DNA of 64,000 bases from Blautia sp. (lineage in GTDB: Bacteria > Bacillota > Clostridia > Lachnospirales > Lachnospiraceae): positions 13,955 to 77,954 of the forward strand of contig JAMPFM010000007.1 of assembly GCA_023664455.1 (NCBI GenBank), given 5' to 3'. This document shows, one piece after another, positions 28,314 through 40,468 of the stretch (positions within the stretch are counted from its first letter, which is position 1; each line of letters opens with the position of its first letter). The notes beneath the pieces are model-generated. The model saw nothing but the letters and a program-made list of their open reading frames with translations. It was not told the DNA's origin and did not search any database. Made by a program: the position numbers and the translations under genes.

Positions 28314-29561
28314 ATGTACAATTTAACAGAAATCGGACAAAAAGCTGTTGCAGCAAAATACTGTTTACAGACTTTGACTACCAAGCAGAAAGATGATGCG
28401 CTGCAGGCAGCGGCGCGTGCGCTGTCTGCAAGGGCGCGGGAAATCTTAGAGGCAAATGAGAAAGATATCGAAATCGCAACAGAAAACGGTATGCATCCTG
28501 GAATGCTAGACAGGCTGCGTCTGACTGTGGAACGTGTCGATGCGATGGCGCAGGGATTGATGCAGATTCGGGCATTGCAGGATCCCATTGGCGAGACGTT
28601 GGATACTTTTCAGAGACCCAACGGGCTTCAGATTACGAAACGCCGCGTTCCGATTGGCGTTATCGGCATTATTTACGAGTCCAGACCGAACGTAACGGCG
28701 GACGCTTTCGGACTTTGTTTCAAAACCAGCAATGCGGTGATTTTAAAGGGCGGAAAAGATGCGATTTATTCTAATATCGCCATTTCTAATATTATCCGGG
28801 AAAGTCTGGCAGACGAGGGCATTTCGGAGGGCGCCGTCCAGCTCATTACCGATACGGACAGGGAAGTTACCAATGCGTTTATGAAGCTGAAACAATATGT
28901 GGACATCCTGATCCCCAGAGGCGGGGCGGGACTCATCCGTGCCGTTGTGGAAAACAGCACGATTCCGGTCATTGAGACAGGCACCGGGAACTGCCACATC
29001 TATATCGACGAAGATGCCGATACCGCCAAGGCAATTCCCATTATTATCAATGCCAAAACCCAGCGCATCGGCGTCTGCAATGCCTGTGAATCCTTGGTCG
29101 TCCATGAAAAAATCGCGGATAGCTTTCTGCCCGCTTTAGGGGAGGCGCTTCGCAGTAGACATGTAGAAATGCGCGGCGATAGAACGGTGCAGACGATCCT
29201 TCCAGACTGTCTGGCGGCGTCAGAAGAGGATTATGGAACCGAATACTTAGACTATATAATATCCATCAAGACCGTGGCTGCACTACAGGAAGCAATCGAA
29301 CATATCAACCGATATACGACAGGACATTCGGACGCCATCATCACCGAAAACAAAGAACATGCACGGATGTTTTTACAGGGAATCGACTCCGCCTGCGTTT
29401 ATGTCAATGCCTCTACAAGATTCACCGATGGATTTGAGTTTGGCTTCGGCGCGGAAATCGGCATCAGTACCCAGAAACTTCATGCAAGGGGACCAATGGG
29501 ATTAAAAGAACTGACCAGCTATAAATATGAAATCATCGGAGATGGTCAAGTCAGGGCATAA
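28314..29561 (+). CDS. proA: Gamma-glutamyl phosphate reductase
   Basis: [67 protein letters not shown]. Confidence 0.97.
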   Translation: MYNLTEIGQKAVAAKYCLQTLTTKQKDDALQAAARALSARAREILEANEKDIEIATENGMHPGMLDRLRLTVERVDAMAQGLMQIRALQDPIGETLDTFQRPNGLQITKRRVPIGVIGIIYESRPNVTADAFGLCFKTSNAVILKGGKDAIYSNIAISNIIRESLADEGISEGAVQLITDTDREVTNAFMKLKQYVDILIPRGGAGLIRAVVENSTIPVIETGTGNCHIYIDEDADTAKAIPIIINAKTQRIGVCNACESLVVHEKIADSFLPALGEALRSRHVEMRGDRTVQTILPDCLAASEEDYGTEYLDYIISIKTVAALQEAIEHINRYTTGHSDAIITENKEHARMFLQGIDSACVYVNASTRFTDGFEFGFGAEIGISTQKLHARGPMGLKELTSYKYEIIGDGQVRA

Positions 29562-29575
29562 AATATTGATGCTGC

Positions 29576-29614
29576 AAAAGTTGCGAAACTTAATGAATCC
29601 GTTTTGTAACTTTT
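29576..29614 (+). terminator. Hairpin after proA, probable terminator
   Basis: aaaagttgcgaaac / gttttgtaactttt form 14 pairs (2 G-U), 11-nt loop. Confidence 0.5.
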
Positions 29615-29820
29615 GTGCAGTTGTCTTTTTAAACCCAATTATATAATTATACAAATTACCTACAAATTTTACATTTTCTCTTTCTTTTTTGTAAAATTTA
29701 TGATATCCTAAATAAGATAGTTTTTCTAAAAATCCTGAGAGTTTATTCATTTTATTTATGCATTAGAGCAACATTTTCTAAACTACACTATAATTAGCAG
29801 CAAAAGAGAGGAGTTATCCA

Positions 29821-31560
29821 ATGCACGAAAAGAAAAAAGGTATCAGTGTTCTTACGAAAATTATTTTAATGTGTTCCCTGCCCATGATTATTTTGGGAAC
29901 CGTTATTGCATTCTATTCCATCAGTGTACTGATGCATGGAATGCAGGATGAGGCTTTATCCGCATTAAGTTATTTATGTCAGAGCGTTTCCGCATCGTAT
30001 GATGCAATCGATTCAGGTGATTATCGCATGGATGGTGAGAAATTCTACAAAGGGGAGTATTGTATATCCGATAACGAAGGTGTCATAGACAGTTATACGG
30101 AAGGATCGAAAGCCGATATTACTTTATTTTTTGGCGATACGAGACGTGCCACATCTTTACTTGATGTAAATACCGGGGAACGGATTATCGGAACACAGGC
30201 GTCCGATGCAGTTATCGATGCCGTATTAAAAAACGGAAATGATTATTCTGCCACCAGTATTACAATTAATAATCAAAATTATTACGCTTATTATAAACCG
30301 TTGACAAACAGCGATGGGCAGATTGTCGGTATGATTTTTGCCGGGGAACCCAGTGCAGACGTGGATAAGGTAATCTCGCAGAGAAGAATCAACATTATCG
30401 GACTTGCCGTTCTGATTCTTGTCATTTCCCTTGTGATTTGTTTCATTCTTGTGAAAGGTATCGTATCTGTTATTTCTCATGCGGAAGAGCTGCTGGGCAG
30501 GATTTCTAATGGAGAACTGAAAATACAGCTGAGCGAAAAAGCGGCAAAAATCAGTGAGAAAGCTAAAAATCGGGACGATGAGATTGGCATGATGGTTGCT
30601 TCCATGTATGGACTGATTGAAAAGCTGCGCGGTACAGTTGGCAGAATCCGGGAAACTATGGAAAATTTAATCAAGACTTCCGAGTCTCTGGAATATATGG
30701 CGGCACAGACCAGCGCTACCACCACGGAAATCAGCCGTGCCATAGAAGAAGTGTCCAAAGGCGCGGTAATCCAGGCTGAGGAAATCGAGTCGGCGACGAT
30801 GCAGGTATCCGATATCGGCTCCATGATTGAGAATATTGTCGGCAGTGTGAAAGAACTGGATGAAATATCTATGGGCATCAAGAAAGCCGACGACGAATCC
30901 GAGCAGATTATCCGGGAATTGAGTAAATCCAACGACAGAACCATCGAGGCAATCAAAAAGATAGACGCTTCCGTAAGAACGACCAATGAATCCGTCGGGA
31001 AAATCCAGGAAGCGATTAACCTGATTACCGATATTGCCAGCGAAACAAGTTTACTGGCGCTCAATGCAAGTATTGAAGCTGCAAGAGCCGGCGAAGCTGG
31101 CCGCGGATTTGCGGTAGTGGCATCCCAGATATCTAAATTATCCGAGGATTCCAACAGCTCCGCACAGACCATCGAAGATATCATCCTGCAATTGTCCTCA
31201 GATTCCGAAGCTTCTGTTAAAATTATGGCAGAGGTCAGTGAGATTATTGCAGAACAGCAGAGTAAGCTGAACGAGACAAAAGACAAATTTGGCGCCGTCA
31301 GCACCGGTATTGAGACTTCCATGTCCGAAACGCAGAATATTTATGGTCAGACGACAGAATGCGATACAGCAAGAGTCAGAGTCACCGATGTCATTGAAAA
31401 CCTGTCTGCGGTTTCCGAAGAGAATGCCGCTTCCACAGAAGAAACCAATTCTTCCATGCAGGAACTCAATACGACGATTACCCAGCTTGCGGAGGCTGCA
31501 AAAGACTTAAAAACAATCGCCGATGAATTGGAAAAAGAACTGGCGTTCTTCCATGTATAA
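29821..31560 (+). CDS. Methyl-accepting chemotaxis protein with extracellular Cache domain
   Basis: TM-Cache(YYAYYKPL...G.IVGMIFAG)-TM-HAMP(RDDEIG), signalling hairpin [30 protein letters not shown]. Confidence 0.93.
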   Translation: MHEKKKGISVLTKIILMCSLPMIILGTVIAFYSISVLMHGMQDEALSALSYLCQSVSASYDAIDSGDYRMDGEKFYKGEYCISDNEGVIDSYTEGSKADITLFFGDTRRATSLLDVNTGERIIGTQASDAVIDAVLKNGNDYSATSITINNQNYYAYYKPLTNSDGQIVGMIFAGEPSADVDKVISQRRINIIGLAVLILVISLVICFILVKGIVSVISHAEELLGRISNGELKIQLSEKAAKISEKAKNRDDEIGMMVASMYGLIEKLRGTVGRIRETMENLIKTSESLEYMAAQTSATTTEISRAIEEVSKGAVIQAEEIESATMQVSDIGSMIENIVGSVKELDEISMGIKKADDESEQIIRELSKSNDRTIEAIKKIDASVRTTNESVGKIQEAINLITDIASETSLLALNASIEAARAGEAGRGFAVVASQISKLSEDSNSSAQTIEDIILQLSSDSEASVKIMAEVSEIIAEQQSKLNETKDKFGAVSTGIETSMSETQNIYGQTTECDTARVRVTDVIENLSAVSEENAASTEETNSSMQELNTTITQLAEAAKDLKTIADELEKELAFFHV

Positions 31561-31590
31561 ATTCACTAATAAAATTAATAAAGTTGTCAT

Positions 31591-31625
31591 AAACGGGAAA
31601 TGTGTCATACGCATTTCCCGTTTCT
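31591..31625 (+). terminator. Intrinsic terminator
   Basis: aaacgggaaatg / catttcccgttt 12-bp stem. Confidence 0.7.
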
Positions 31626-31679
31626 AGGATTTCTGTGAGGGATTGAAATGCCAATTTCCGTGGGATTCCACGCATATCC

Positions 31680-31708
31680 TTGATTTACATCGCGGTTTAT
31701 GGTACATT
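31680..31708 (+). promoter_or_regulatory. Putative sigma-A promoter for the lipoprotein-metH-ilvB-ilvN unit
   Basis: TTGATT-17 bp-TACATT with extended TG. Confidence 0.4.
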
Positions 31709-31742
31709 CTTAGATAGACTATACATAATGGAGGTTATATCA

Positions 31743-32273
31743 TTGAAAAAAATAAAGGGATTCTGTCTCTTATTCTTTTTTAGTTTCCTGGTTACCGGTT
31801 GCGGGGAGGATGAAGAGCTTACCAGTTATCAGAGCGATATGGAAACTTTTTTTGAACATATTGCAGAATATAACGATAACATGAACGCCATCGACGTTAC
31901 CGAAGAAGATTATCTGTCGCAGATGCTCACCTATCTGGATGCATTGGACGCTGAAGTGGCATGGATGGCAGAGTTGGAAGTCCCCGAACAATTTTCAGCA
32001 GTGGAAAGTCTGGCAGACGAGGCAAGTGAAAACATGTCGATGGCGGTATCCTATTATCATATGGCCTATGAAGGGGAAACCTATGATGCAGCAACGCAAG
32101 AGGCGGCAAGAGAATATTATGAGAGGGCAAATACGAGAATCCAGTACATCATTACCATTTTCCACGGGGAAATCCCCGAAGGGGAAGGCGTCACTTATAC
32201 GGAAGAGGATAAGATTTTCGGAAGCGGTTATATGAATAAAGAAGAGGAGGATGGCGAAAGCCAGGAAGATTGA
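31743..32273 (+). CDS. Acidic lipoprotein, unknown function
   Basis: TTG start after ggagg gives MKKIKGFCLLFFFSFLVTGC (lipobox LVTG-C) followed by an acidic helical body. Confidence 0.7.
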   Translation: MKKIKGFCLLFFFSFLVTGCGEDEELTSYQSDMETFFEHIAEYNDNMNAIDVTEEDYLSQMLTYLDALDAEVAWMAELEVPEQFSAVESLADEASENMSMAVSYYHMAYEGETYDAATQEAAREYYERANTRIQYIITIFHGEIPEGEGVTYTEEDKIFGSGYMNKEEEDGESQED

Positions 32274-34729
32274 TGAATACGCAGGAATTTCAGGCATTAC
32301 TAAATGAATACCCCATTTTCCTTGACGGCGCGACAGGTTCTAATCTCCTAAAAAGAGGAATGCCCGCCGGCGTCTGCCCGGAACAATGGATATTGGAGCA
32401 TAAAGAGATACTGATTGCATTGCAAAGAGAATTTATAGAAGTGGGAAGCAATATCTTATATGCCCCGACGTTTTCGGCAAACCGGATTAAGTTAAAAGAA
32501 TACGGTTTAGAAGAGAAAATTCAGGATATGAACCATGCGCTTGTCGCCATATCCAAAGAAGCGGCAGAGGGCAGAGCCTATATCGCAGGAGACCTCACCA
32601 TGACCGGGGAACAGCTTGCCCCCATAGGGAAGATGGATTTTGAGGAACTGATTGACATTTATAAAGAGCAGATACGCTATCTTGTGGAGGCGGGCGTGGA
32701 TTTGCTTGTCGTGGAAACCATGATGAGTTTACAGGAAACGCGGGCGGCCGTCATTGCCGCAAAAGAGACCTGCAAGCTGCCAGTTATGGCAACCATGACC
32801 TTCGAGTCGGATAAAAGAACCCTATATGGGACCGACGCAAAAACAGCTGCAGTTGTGCTGGAAAGTCTGGGTGTTGCAGCAATTGGTGCAAATTGCTCTA
32901 CGGGACCCGATAAAATGAAGGAAATTATTCATGATATGGCGGAAGTTACCACCATTCCGATTATTGCCAAGCCCAATGCAGGACTTCCTTCTTTGGATGA
33001 AAATGGACAGACCGTCTATGATATGGAAGAAGCGGAATTTGCAGAAGGAATGAAAGAACTTGTCGAGGCGGGCGCTTCTATCATCGGTGGCTGCTGCGGC
33101 ACGACGCCTTCCTATATCGCTGCAGCAAAAGAAGCGGTTGGCGGTATGCGGATTCGACACCGTAAAGCAGGGACATGCCGCTATCTGACGAGCGAACGCA
33201 AGACGGTTGCCTTTGACTTGAACGATAATTTTATGATTGTCGGGGAACGGATTAACCCTACTGGAAAGAAGAAATTACAGGCACAGTTAAAAGAAGGCTC
33301 CCTGGAAATGGTGTTGGCCTTTGCAGAAGAGCAGGAAGCATGTGGCGCTTCCATATTGGATATCAATATGGGAATGAGCGGGATTGATGAAAAGGCAATG
33401 ATGTTACAGACGCTGGAAACGATAAGCGGCGTCACCAACCTTCCCTTATCCATCGATTCCAGCCATGTTGAAGTAATCGAGGCGGCGCTGCGGCGCTATC
33501 CAGGACGCGCCCTGATTAATTCCATTTCCTATGAGAAGAGTAAATTTGATGCCTTGCTGCCCATCACCAGGAAATACGGCGCTATGTTTATCCTGCTTCC
33601 TTTATCGGACGCCGGGCTGCCGAAGAATCTGCGGGAAAAAATAGATATCATTGAAAAAATCGAAACAAAAGCTTATGCCCTTGGTATGCGCAAGGAGGAT
33701 ATTATAGTAGATGGTTTAGTCGCTACGGTGGGCGCCAACAAATCCGCTGCCCTGGAAACTCTTGAGACAATCCGCTATTGTAAGGAAAAGGGGCTTGCCA
33801 CGATTTGCGGGCTCTCTAATATTTCTTTCGGGCTGCCAGAGCGCAGCTATATCAATACGGCGTTTCTGACTATGGCAATCCAGGCGGGACTGACAATGGC
33901 GATTGCCAACCCTTCCCAGGAGCTGCTTGTCAGCTTAGCGTTTGCTTCTGATTTACTATTAAATAAGAAAGACGCCGATATCCGTTACATTCAACTGATG
34001 GACGCGGTGAAAGAAAAACGGGAACTATTAGGCGAACCTGCAAAGATGCCATCCGGGATACACATTGCCGGAAACAAGGCTGCCACACAGGAACAGACGC
34101 TTTCCATTCTCGATAAATTGCGCACAGACGTCTTAAAAGGAAATATAAATGGTATCGTAGGCGATACGAAACAGGCCTTAGAAGAAGGAAATGAACCAAA
34201 AAAACTATTGGACGACGTATTGCTTCCCGGTATCAACGAAGTGGGAGAACTTTTTGATAAGGGAAAATATTTCCTACCGCAACTGATTGCCAGTGCGGAA
34301 GCCATGAAAGCGTCCATTGAATATTTGGAGCCACTGTTATTAGAAGAAAACACCAATCAGGAAATGCCCACGGTAGTCATCGCCACGGTAGAGGGCGATA
34401 TCCATGATATTGGTAAAAATCTAGTGGCGTTGATGTTAAAAAACTACGGTTTTAAGGTCATCGACTTAGGAAAGGACGTCCCCAAAGAAAAAATCATCGA
34501 AGCTGCCAAAGAGCACCATGCGCAGGTCATCGCCCTTTCTGCGCTGATGACGACGACGATGCAGCAGATGCGAAACGTCATTAACTATGCCAAAGAAAAA
34601 AAAGTCGATGCCAAAATCATCGTCGGCGGCGCGGTCATTACGCAGGAATATGCGGATGAAATAGGCGCAGACGGATATTCTAAAGATGCTGCAGATGCCG
34701 TAAAACTCACACAGCGGATTCTAAAATGA
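32270..34729 (+). CDS. metH: Cobalamin-dependent methionine synthase lacking the C-terminal reactivation domain
   Basis: LDGATGS, GANCS and GGCCG Zn ligands, VGERINPTG pterin-binding domain, EGDIHDIGKNLV B12 motif; ends after the B12 domain. Confidence 0.9.
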   Translation: MMNTQEFQALLNEYPIFLDGATGSNLLKRGMPAGVCPEQWILEHKEILIALQREFIEVGSNILYAPTFSANRIKLKEYGLEEKIQDMNHALVAISKEAAEGRAYIAGDLTMTGEQLAPIGKMDFEELIDIYKEQIRYLVEAGVDLLVVETMMSLQETRAAVIAAKETCKLPVMATMTFESDKRTLYGTDAKTAAVVLESLGVAAIGANCSTGPDKMKEIIHDMAEVTTIPIIAKPNAGLPSLDENGQTVYDMEEAEFAEGMKELVEAGASIIGGCCGTTPSYIAAAKEAVGGMRIRHRKAGTCRYLTSERKTVAFDLNDNFMIVGERINPTGKKKLQAQLKEGSLEMVLAFAEEQEACGASILDINMGMSGIDEKAMMLQTLETISGVTNLPLSIDSSHVEVIEAALRRYPGRALINSISYEKSKFDALLPITRKYGAMFILLPLSDAGLPKNLREKIDIIEKIETKAYALGMRKEDIIVDGLVATVGANKSAALETLETIRYCKEKGLATICGLSNISFGLPERSYINTAFLTMAIQAGLTMAIANPSQELLVSLAFASDLLLNKKDADIRYIQLMDAVKEKRELLGEPAKMPSGIHIAGNKAATQEQTLSILDKLRTDVLKGNINGIVGDTKQALEEGNEPKKLLDDVLLPGINEVGELFDKGKYFLPQLIASAEAMKASIEYLEPLLLEENTNQEMPTVVIATVEGDIHDIGKNLVALMLKNYGFKVIDLGKDVPKEKIIEAAKEHHAQVIALSALMTTTMQQMRNVINYAKEKKVDAKIIVGGAVITQEYADEIGADGYSKDAADAVKLTQRILK

Positions 34730-34743
34730 GAGGAGAACATATT

Positions 34744-36357
34744 ATGTTAGGTGCGGATGCAATGGTAAAATGTCTGGAAGCGGAAGGCGTAGAATATGTA
34801 TTCGGCTATCCGGGCGTTGCGATTTGCCCATTTTATAATAGTATTTTACAGTCTGATATCAAGACGATTTTAATTCGGACGGAACAAAACGCGGCACATG
34901 CCGCAAGCGGTCTCACCAGAGTAAGCAGGAAAGTCGGCGTCTGTGCAGTCACTTCCGGCCCCGGCGCTACGAATCTGATTACCGGTATCGCTACGGCTTT
35001 TGCCGACAGTATCCCGCTTGTCTGTATTACGGGACAGGTAAACAGTGAATTGATTGGTTCTGATGTCTTTCAAGAAGCCGATATTACAGGGGCGGTAGAA
35101 TCTTTCGTAAAATACAGTTATCTTGTAAAAAATGTAAAAGATATTCCCCGGATTTTCAAGGAAGCGTTTTATATCGCCGATTCCGGCAGAAGAGGACCGG
35201 TACTTATCGATGTCCCTATCGATATCCAGAATGCGCCACTAGCGGAGTTTGATTATCCAGAAACCGTGAATTTACGTACTTATAAACCCACCGTCAAAGG
35301 ACATGCAGTGCAGATTAAGAAAGTTATTGGAGAACTTGCCAAAGCCAGACGTCCCATTATCTGTACCGGCGGCGGCGTGCTTTTGAGCGGCGCCGAAGAG
35401 GAATTTAGGGCTTTTGTGGAAAAACACCGCATTCCTGTCGTATCGACCATGATGGGAATTGGCGTCATGCCGACCCAACACCCCATGTATTACGGTATGG
35501 TGGGAAACAACGGAAAACCCTATGCCAACCGAGCTATGAACGAATCGGATTTGCTGATTATGGTGGGGGCAAGGGTTGCCGACCGGGCGGTCAATCAGCC
35601 GGATTTGATTACGGAGAATAAAATTCTCGTCCACATCGACGTGGACCCGGCGGAAATCGGCAAAAATGTGGGTGCAGCGATTCCGCTTGTAGGAGATGCG
35701 AAACATATTTTTGAGGATTTCCTCAAAGAAGACTTCGTCTGCGAACATGAAGAATGGATTCAGACCTTAAATGATTATCGGGAAACGATGGAAAAAAAGA
35801 GGACGCCCAACCCAGATTATGTGGACCCGGCGATGTTTATCAAGCTCTTATCCGAGGAAATGAAGGAAGACGCCGTCTATGTGGCGGACGTAGGACAGAA
35901 TCAGATATGGTCCTGTGGTTATCATATTGTAAAAAATGGTAAATTCCTGACAACCGGCGGCATGGGAACGATGGGCTATTCGATTCCAGCGGCAATGGGC
36001 GCAAAGCTTGCCGCACCTAAAAGGCAGGTCGTAGCCGTCTGCGGCGATGGTTCGTTTCAGATGTCCATGATGGAGCTTGCCACAATGCGTCAGTTTGATG
36101 TCCCTGTTAAAATAATTGTCTTGAAGAACAATTACCTCGGTATGGTGAGACAATATCAGCATTTTACTTACGAAGACCATTACTCTGTCGTGGATTTATC
36201 GGGCAGCCCGGATTTGGAAAAACTGGCGATGGCATACGATATGAAATTCATGCGCCTTTTTACAATGGAAGGCGTAGAAGACGCTATCCGGGAATTTTTA
36301 AAAGATGATGAATCCGTATTGATGGAATGTATTATCGACCCGATGGATCTTGTTTAA
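34744..36357 (+). CDS. ilvB: Acetolactate synthase large subunit
   Basis: FGYPG, EQNAAHAA, TSGPGATN, FQEAD, GRRGPVLID.P, DVGQNQIW, GDGSFQM, NNYLGMVRQ. Confidence 0.94.
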   Translation: MLGADAMVKCLEAEGVEYVFGYPGVAICPFYNSILQSDIKTILIRTEQNAAHAASGLTRVSRKVGVCAVTSGPGATNLITGIATAFADSIPLVCITGQVNSELIGSDVFQEADITGAVESFVKYSYLVKNVKDIPRIFKEAFYIADSGRRGPVLIDVPIDIQNAPLAEFDYPETVNLRTYKPTVKGHAVQIKKVIGELAKARRPIICTGGGVLLSGAEEEFRAFVEKHRIPVVSTMMGIGVMPTQHPMYYGMVGNNGKPYANRAMNESDLLIMVGARVADRAVNQPDLITENKILVHIDVDPAEIGKNVGAAIPLVGDAKHIFEDFLKEDFVCEHEEWIQTLNDYRETMEKKRTPNPDYVDPAMFIKLLSEEMKEDAVYVADVGQNQIWSCGYHIVKNGKFLTTGGMGTMGYSIPAAMGAKLAAPKRQVVAVCGDGSFQMSMMELATMRQFDVPVKIIVLKNNYLGMVRQYQHFTYEDHYSVVDLSGSPDLEKLAMAYDMKFMRLFTMEGVEDAIREFLKDDESVLMECIIDPMDLV

Positions 36358-36415
36358 AAGTAGATGCTGTCATGGGTAAACAGGGTCAAAGATTGAGAAA
36401 GGGGTATCATGATCC

Positions 36416-36904
36416 ATGAAAAAAATATATTCGGTATTGGTAGAGAACAGATCCGGCGTCCTTTGTAAAGTATCCGGTCTGTTTTCCAGGAGAAGTTTTA
36501 ATATTGATTCTTTAGCGGTAGGAGAGACGGATGATCCGGCGGTATCCTGCATGACCATCGTCAGCAGCGGCGACGAGCGGACGATTGAACAAATCGAAAA
36601 GCAGCTCAACAAAAAGCTGGACGTCATCAAAGTAAAAACCTTCGATGAACCGGCAAGCGTCAGCAGGGAACTGATGCTGATTAAAGTAAAATATAATCGG
36701 GACAACCGGCGGGATATCATGGAAATCTGTGAAATTATGAAAGCGGATATCGTTGATATGTCCAAAAACCTGATGATTATCCAGATTTGCGACGCCCCAG
36801 AGAAAATTAACCTATTAATCGATATGTTACAGACCATTAGTATCGTAGAAGTTGCCAGAACAGGCACCTTAGCGCTGCCAAAATGCATGGATGCCGATTC
36901 CTGA
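36416..36904 (+). CDS. ilvN: Acetolactate synthase small subunit, paralog 1
   Basis: ACT domain VLVENRSGVL.KVSGLFSRRSFNIDSL, QIEKQLNK..DVIKV, RELMLIKV. Confidence 0.9.
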   Translation: MKKIYSVLVENRSGVLCKVSGLFSRRSFNIDSLAVGETDDPAVSCMTIVSSGDERTIEQIEKQLNKKLDVIKVKTFDEPASVSRELMLIKVKYNRDNRRDIMEICEIMKADIVDMSKNLMIIQICDAPEKINLLIDMLQTISIVEVARTGTLALPKCMDADS

Positions 36905-36952
36905 TATAGAATTTCATTCGTCAGAAAAAACTACAGGAATAGCGTGGAAATA

Positions 36953-36981
36953 TTGACTTTTCACAGGATAATTGCTAAAAT
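36953..36981 (+). promoter_or_regulatory. Putative sigma-A promoter for ilvN2-ilvC
   Basis: TTGACT-17 bp-TAAAAT with extended TG. Confidence 0.65.
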
Positions 36982-37024
36982 GATTGACAGTGTTTACAGT
37001 TTCTTAGAAAGGCAGGATTTGCTT

Positions 37025-37522
37025 ATGCATAGAAAAGTATTTCAGCTTCTGGTAGACAATACATCGGGTGTGCTGAGCCGTATCTCAGGGCTGTTTTCAA
37101 GGCGTGGCTATAATATTGAGAGTATCACGGCAGGCGTAACCGCAGACCCCCGTTATACGCGCATCACGATTGTGACGTCTGGGGACGACGAGATTCTTGA
37201 CCAGATTGAAAAACAGGTTGCCAAGTTAGTGGACGTCCGGGATATTAAAGAGCTTAAACCAAACGAAAGCGTTTATCGCGAGCTTGCGATGATTAAAGTA
37301 AAAGCATCCGCCGAAAAACGGCAGAGCATTATTGCGGTAGCCGATATCTTCCGCGCCAAAATCGTCGATGTGTCCAAGGACAGTCTGATTATCGAGCTGA
37401 CGGGAAATCAGGATAAAATTGAGGCGTTCCTCAACTTACTGGACGGCTATGAAATCCTGGAGCTTGCCAGAACTGGTATTGCCGGGTTAGGACGCGGCAT
37501 CGAGAACGTTACTTATCTGTAA
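37025..37522 (+). CDS. ilvN: Acetolactate synthase small subunit, paralog 2
   Basis: LLVDNTSGVLSRISGLFSRRGYNIESI, ELARTG; ATG 37025 after gaaagg. Confidence 0.9.
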   Translation: MHRKVFQLLVDNTSGVLSRISGLFSRRGYNIESITAGVTADPRYTRITIVTSGDDEILDQIEKQVAKLVDVRDIKELKPNESVYRELAMIKVKASAEKRQSIIAVADIFRAKIVDVSKDSLIIELTGNQDKIEAFLNLLDGYEILELARTGIAGLGRGIENVTYL

Positions 37523-37534
37523 GCAGCAACATAA

Positions 37535-38575
<1,041 letters not shown>

Positions 38576-38590
38576 TCCTACGGAGGCATT

Positions 38591-39154
38591 ATGCAGCGCA
38601 GAACAAACGTGGATCGGGCACTGGCGGATAGTTTTAAAGAGCTTGCCAGAAAATCGTCTATCGATAAAATCACAATTAAAGAAATTACGGATAAGGCCGG
38701 AGTCATCCGGCCTACCTTTTATAATCATTTTCAGGATAAATATGTCTTACTGGAATGGATTATACGGACGGACATCTTAGACCCGACGATTCCGCTAATC
38801 CAGGAAGGGGCTTTGAAGGATGGGTTACTGCTGATTTTTACCAATCTGCAGCGGGATAAAGAGTTTTATACGAAAGTCGTCCGGCTGGAAGGTCAAAATT
38901 CCTGTGAAACGATTACGAAAAAATTCATAAAAGAAATTCTGTTTTCTGCCATTCATGAGAAAGCCGGAAGCAAGAAAGCAGCTAAGAAAGGACTGACCGT
39001 GGATTTGATTGCAGAATACTATGCACAGTCCATGACTTTTGTCGTGATTAGCTGGATTAAGATGAACATGAGCCTGTCTCCTGCGCAGATGACGGATATT
39101 TTTCAGTATATCACAAGCCATTCCATAGAAGACGTTATTTCGGAAATGCAATGA
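38591..39154 (+). CDS. TetR/AcrR-family transcriptional regulator (DhaS-like C-terminus)
   Basis: LA.SFKEL....IDKITIKEITDKAGV.RPTFYNHFQDKY.LL HTH. Confidence 0.88.
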   Translation: MQRRTNVDRALADSFKELARKSSIDKITIKEITDKAGVIRPTFYNHFQDKYVLLEWIIRTDILDPTIPLIQEGALKDGLLLIFTNLQRDKEFYTKVVRLEGQNSCETITKKFIKEILFSAIHEKAGSKKAAKKGLTVDLIAEYYAQSMTFVVISWIKMNMSLSPAQMTDIFQYITSHSIEDVISEMQ

Positions 39155-39181
39155 AAAAATAAATAAAGGAGGGTTCTTAGG

Positions 39182-40444
39182 ATGGGAATGACAATGACCC
39201 AGAAAATACTGGCGGCGCACGCAGGACTTGATAAAGCGGAAGCCGGTCAGTTAATTGAAGCAAATCTGGATTTGGTGCTTGGAAACGATATTACAAGCCC
39301 GGTTGCCATAAAAGAAATGGAAAAAATGAAGGTGGACGGCGTTTTTGATAAAGATAAAATCGCGCTTGTACCAGACCATTTTGTTCCGAATAAAGATATC
39401 AAATCTGCCGAACATTGCAAGTGCGTAAGGGAATTTGCATACCGCAATGAGATTACTAACTACTTTGAAGTAGGCGAAATGGGGATTGAACATGCGCTGC
39501 TCCCGGAAAAAGGCTTAACGGTTGCAGGGGATGTCATTATCGGCGCAGACTCCCATACTTGTACTTATGGCGCCTTGGGCGCGTTTTCTACTGGCGTCGG
39601 CAGTACCGACATGGCTGCCGGCATGGCGACTGGAAAAGCATGGTTTAAAGTGCCTTCCGCCATCAAATTTAACTTAACCGGCAAACCCGGCAAATGGGTA
39701 AGCGGAAAAGACGTCATCTTACATATTATCGGCAAAATCGGCGTAGACGGCGCTTTATACAAATCTATGGAGTTTGTAGGAGAAGGCGTAGCGCATCTGA
39801 CGATGGACGACCGTTTCACGATTGCGAATATGGCGATTGAAGCTGGCGGCAAGAATGGGATTTTCCCGGTAGATGATTTGGCAGTTTCCTATATGAAAGA
39901 ACATTCCACCAAACCCTATACCATTTATGAAGCGGACGAAGACGCTGTATATGACGAAGAATATACCATTGATTTGAGTGCTCTACGTCCTACCGTTGCC
40001 TTCCCGCATCTGCCAGAAAATACGAAAACAATCGAGGAAATCAAAGAAGAGATTCCCATCGACCAGGTAGTCATCGGCTCCTGTACCAACGGCAGACTGG
40101 GCGACTTGCGGATTGTCGCAGAAGTATTAAAGGGAAGGCATGTGGCAAAAGGAATGCGCTGCATCGTGATTCCCGCCACCCAGACCATCTATATGCAGGC
40201 GATGGAAGAAGGGCTGTTAAAAACCTTTATTGAGGCAGGTGCAATTGTCAGCACACCTACCTGTGGTCCCTGCCTTGGCGGTTATATGGGCATCCTCGCT
40301 GCTGGGGAGCGCTGCGTATCCACGACGAACCGTAATTTCGTGGGAAGAATGGGGCACGTCGATTCGGAAATCTATCTGGCAAGTCCTGCGGTAGCGGCAG
40401 CCAGCGCAGTTACAGGCACCCTTTCTTGCCCCGGCAGTCTTTGA
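39182..40444 (+). CDS. leuC: 3-isopropylmalate dehydratase large subunit (short LeuC/HacA type)
   Basis: [44 protein letters not shown]. Confidence 0.93.
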   Translation: MGMTMTQKILAAHAGLDKAEAGQLIEANLDLVLGNDITSPVAIKEMEKMKVDGVFDKDKIALVPDHFVPNKDIKSAEHCKCVREFAYRNEITNYFEVGEMGIEHALLPEKGLTVAGDVIIGADSHTCTYGALGAFSTGVGSTDMAAGMATGKAWFKVPSAIKFNLTGKPGKWVSGKDVILHIIGKIGVDGALYKSMEFVGEGVAHLTMDDRFTIANMAIEAGGKNGIFPVDDLAVSYMKEHSTKPYTIYEADEDAVYDEEYTIDLSALRPTVAFPHLPENTKTIEEIKEEIPIDQVVIGSCTNGRLGDLRIVAEVLKGRHVAKGMRCIVIPATQTIYMQAMEEGLLKTFIEAGAIVSTPTCGPCLGGYMGILAAGERCVSTTNRNFVGRMGHVDSEIYLASPAVAAASAVTGTLSCPGSL

Positions 40445-40468
40445 TATCACTTATTAGGAGGTGTAGAC

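Noticed and set aside
30477-31322. Long antisense ORFs (281 aa here; also 44949-45626, 46098-46535, 35272-35748, 12568-13062 and many shorter ones)
   Set aside because: Fully nested opposite well-supported genes, with no SD or recognisable motifs; typical codon-bias shadows.
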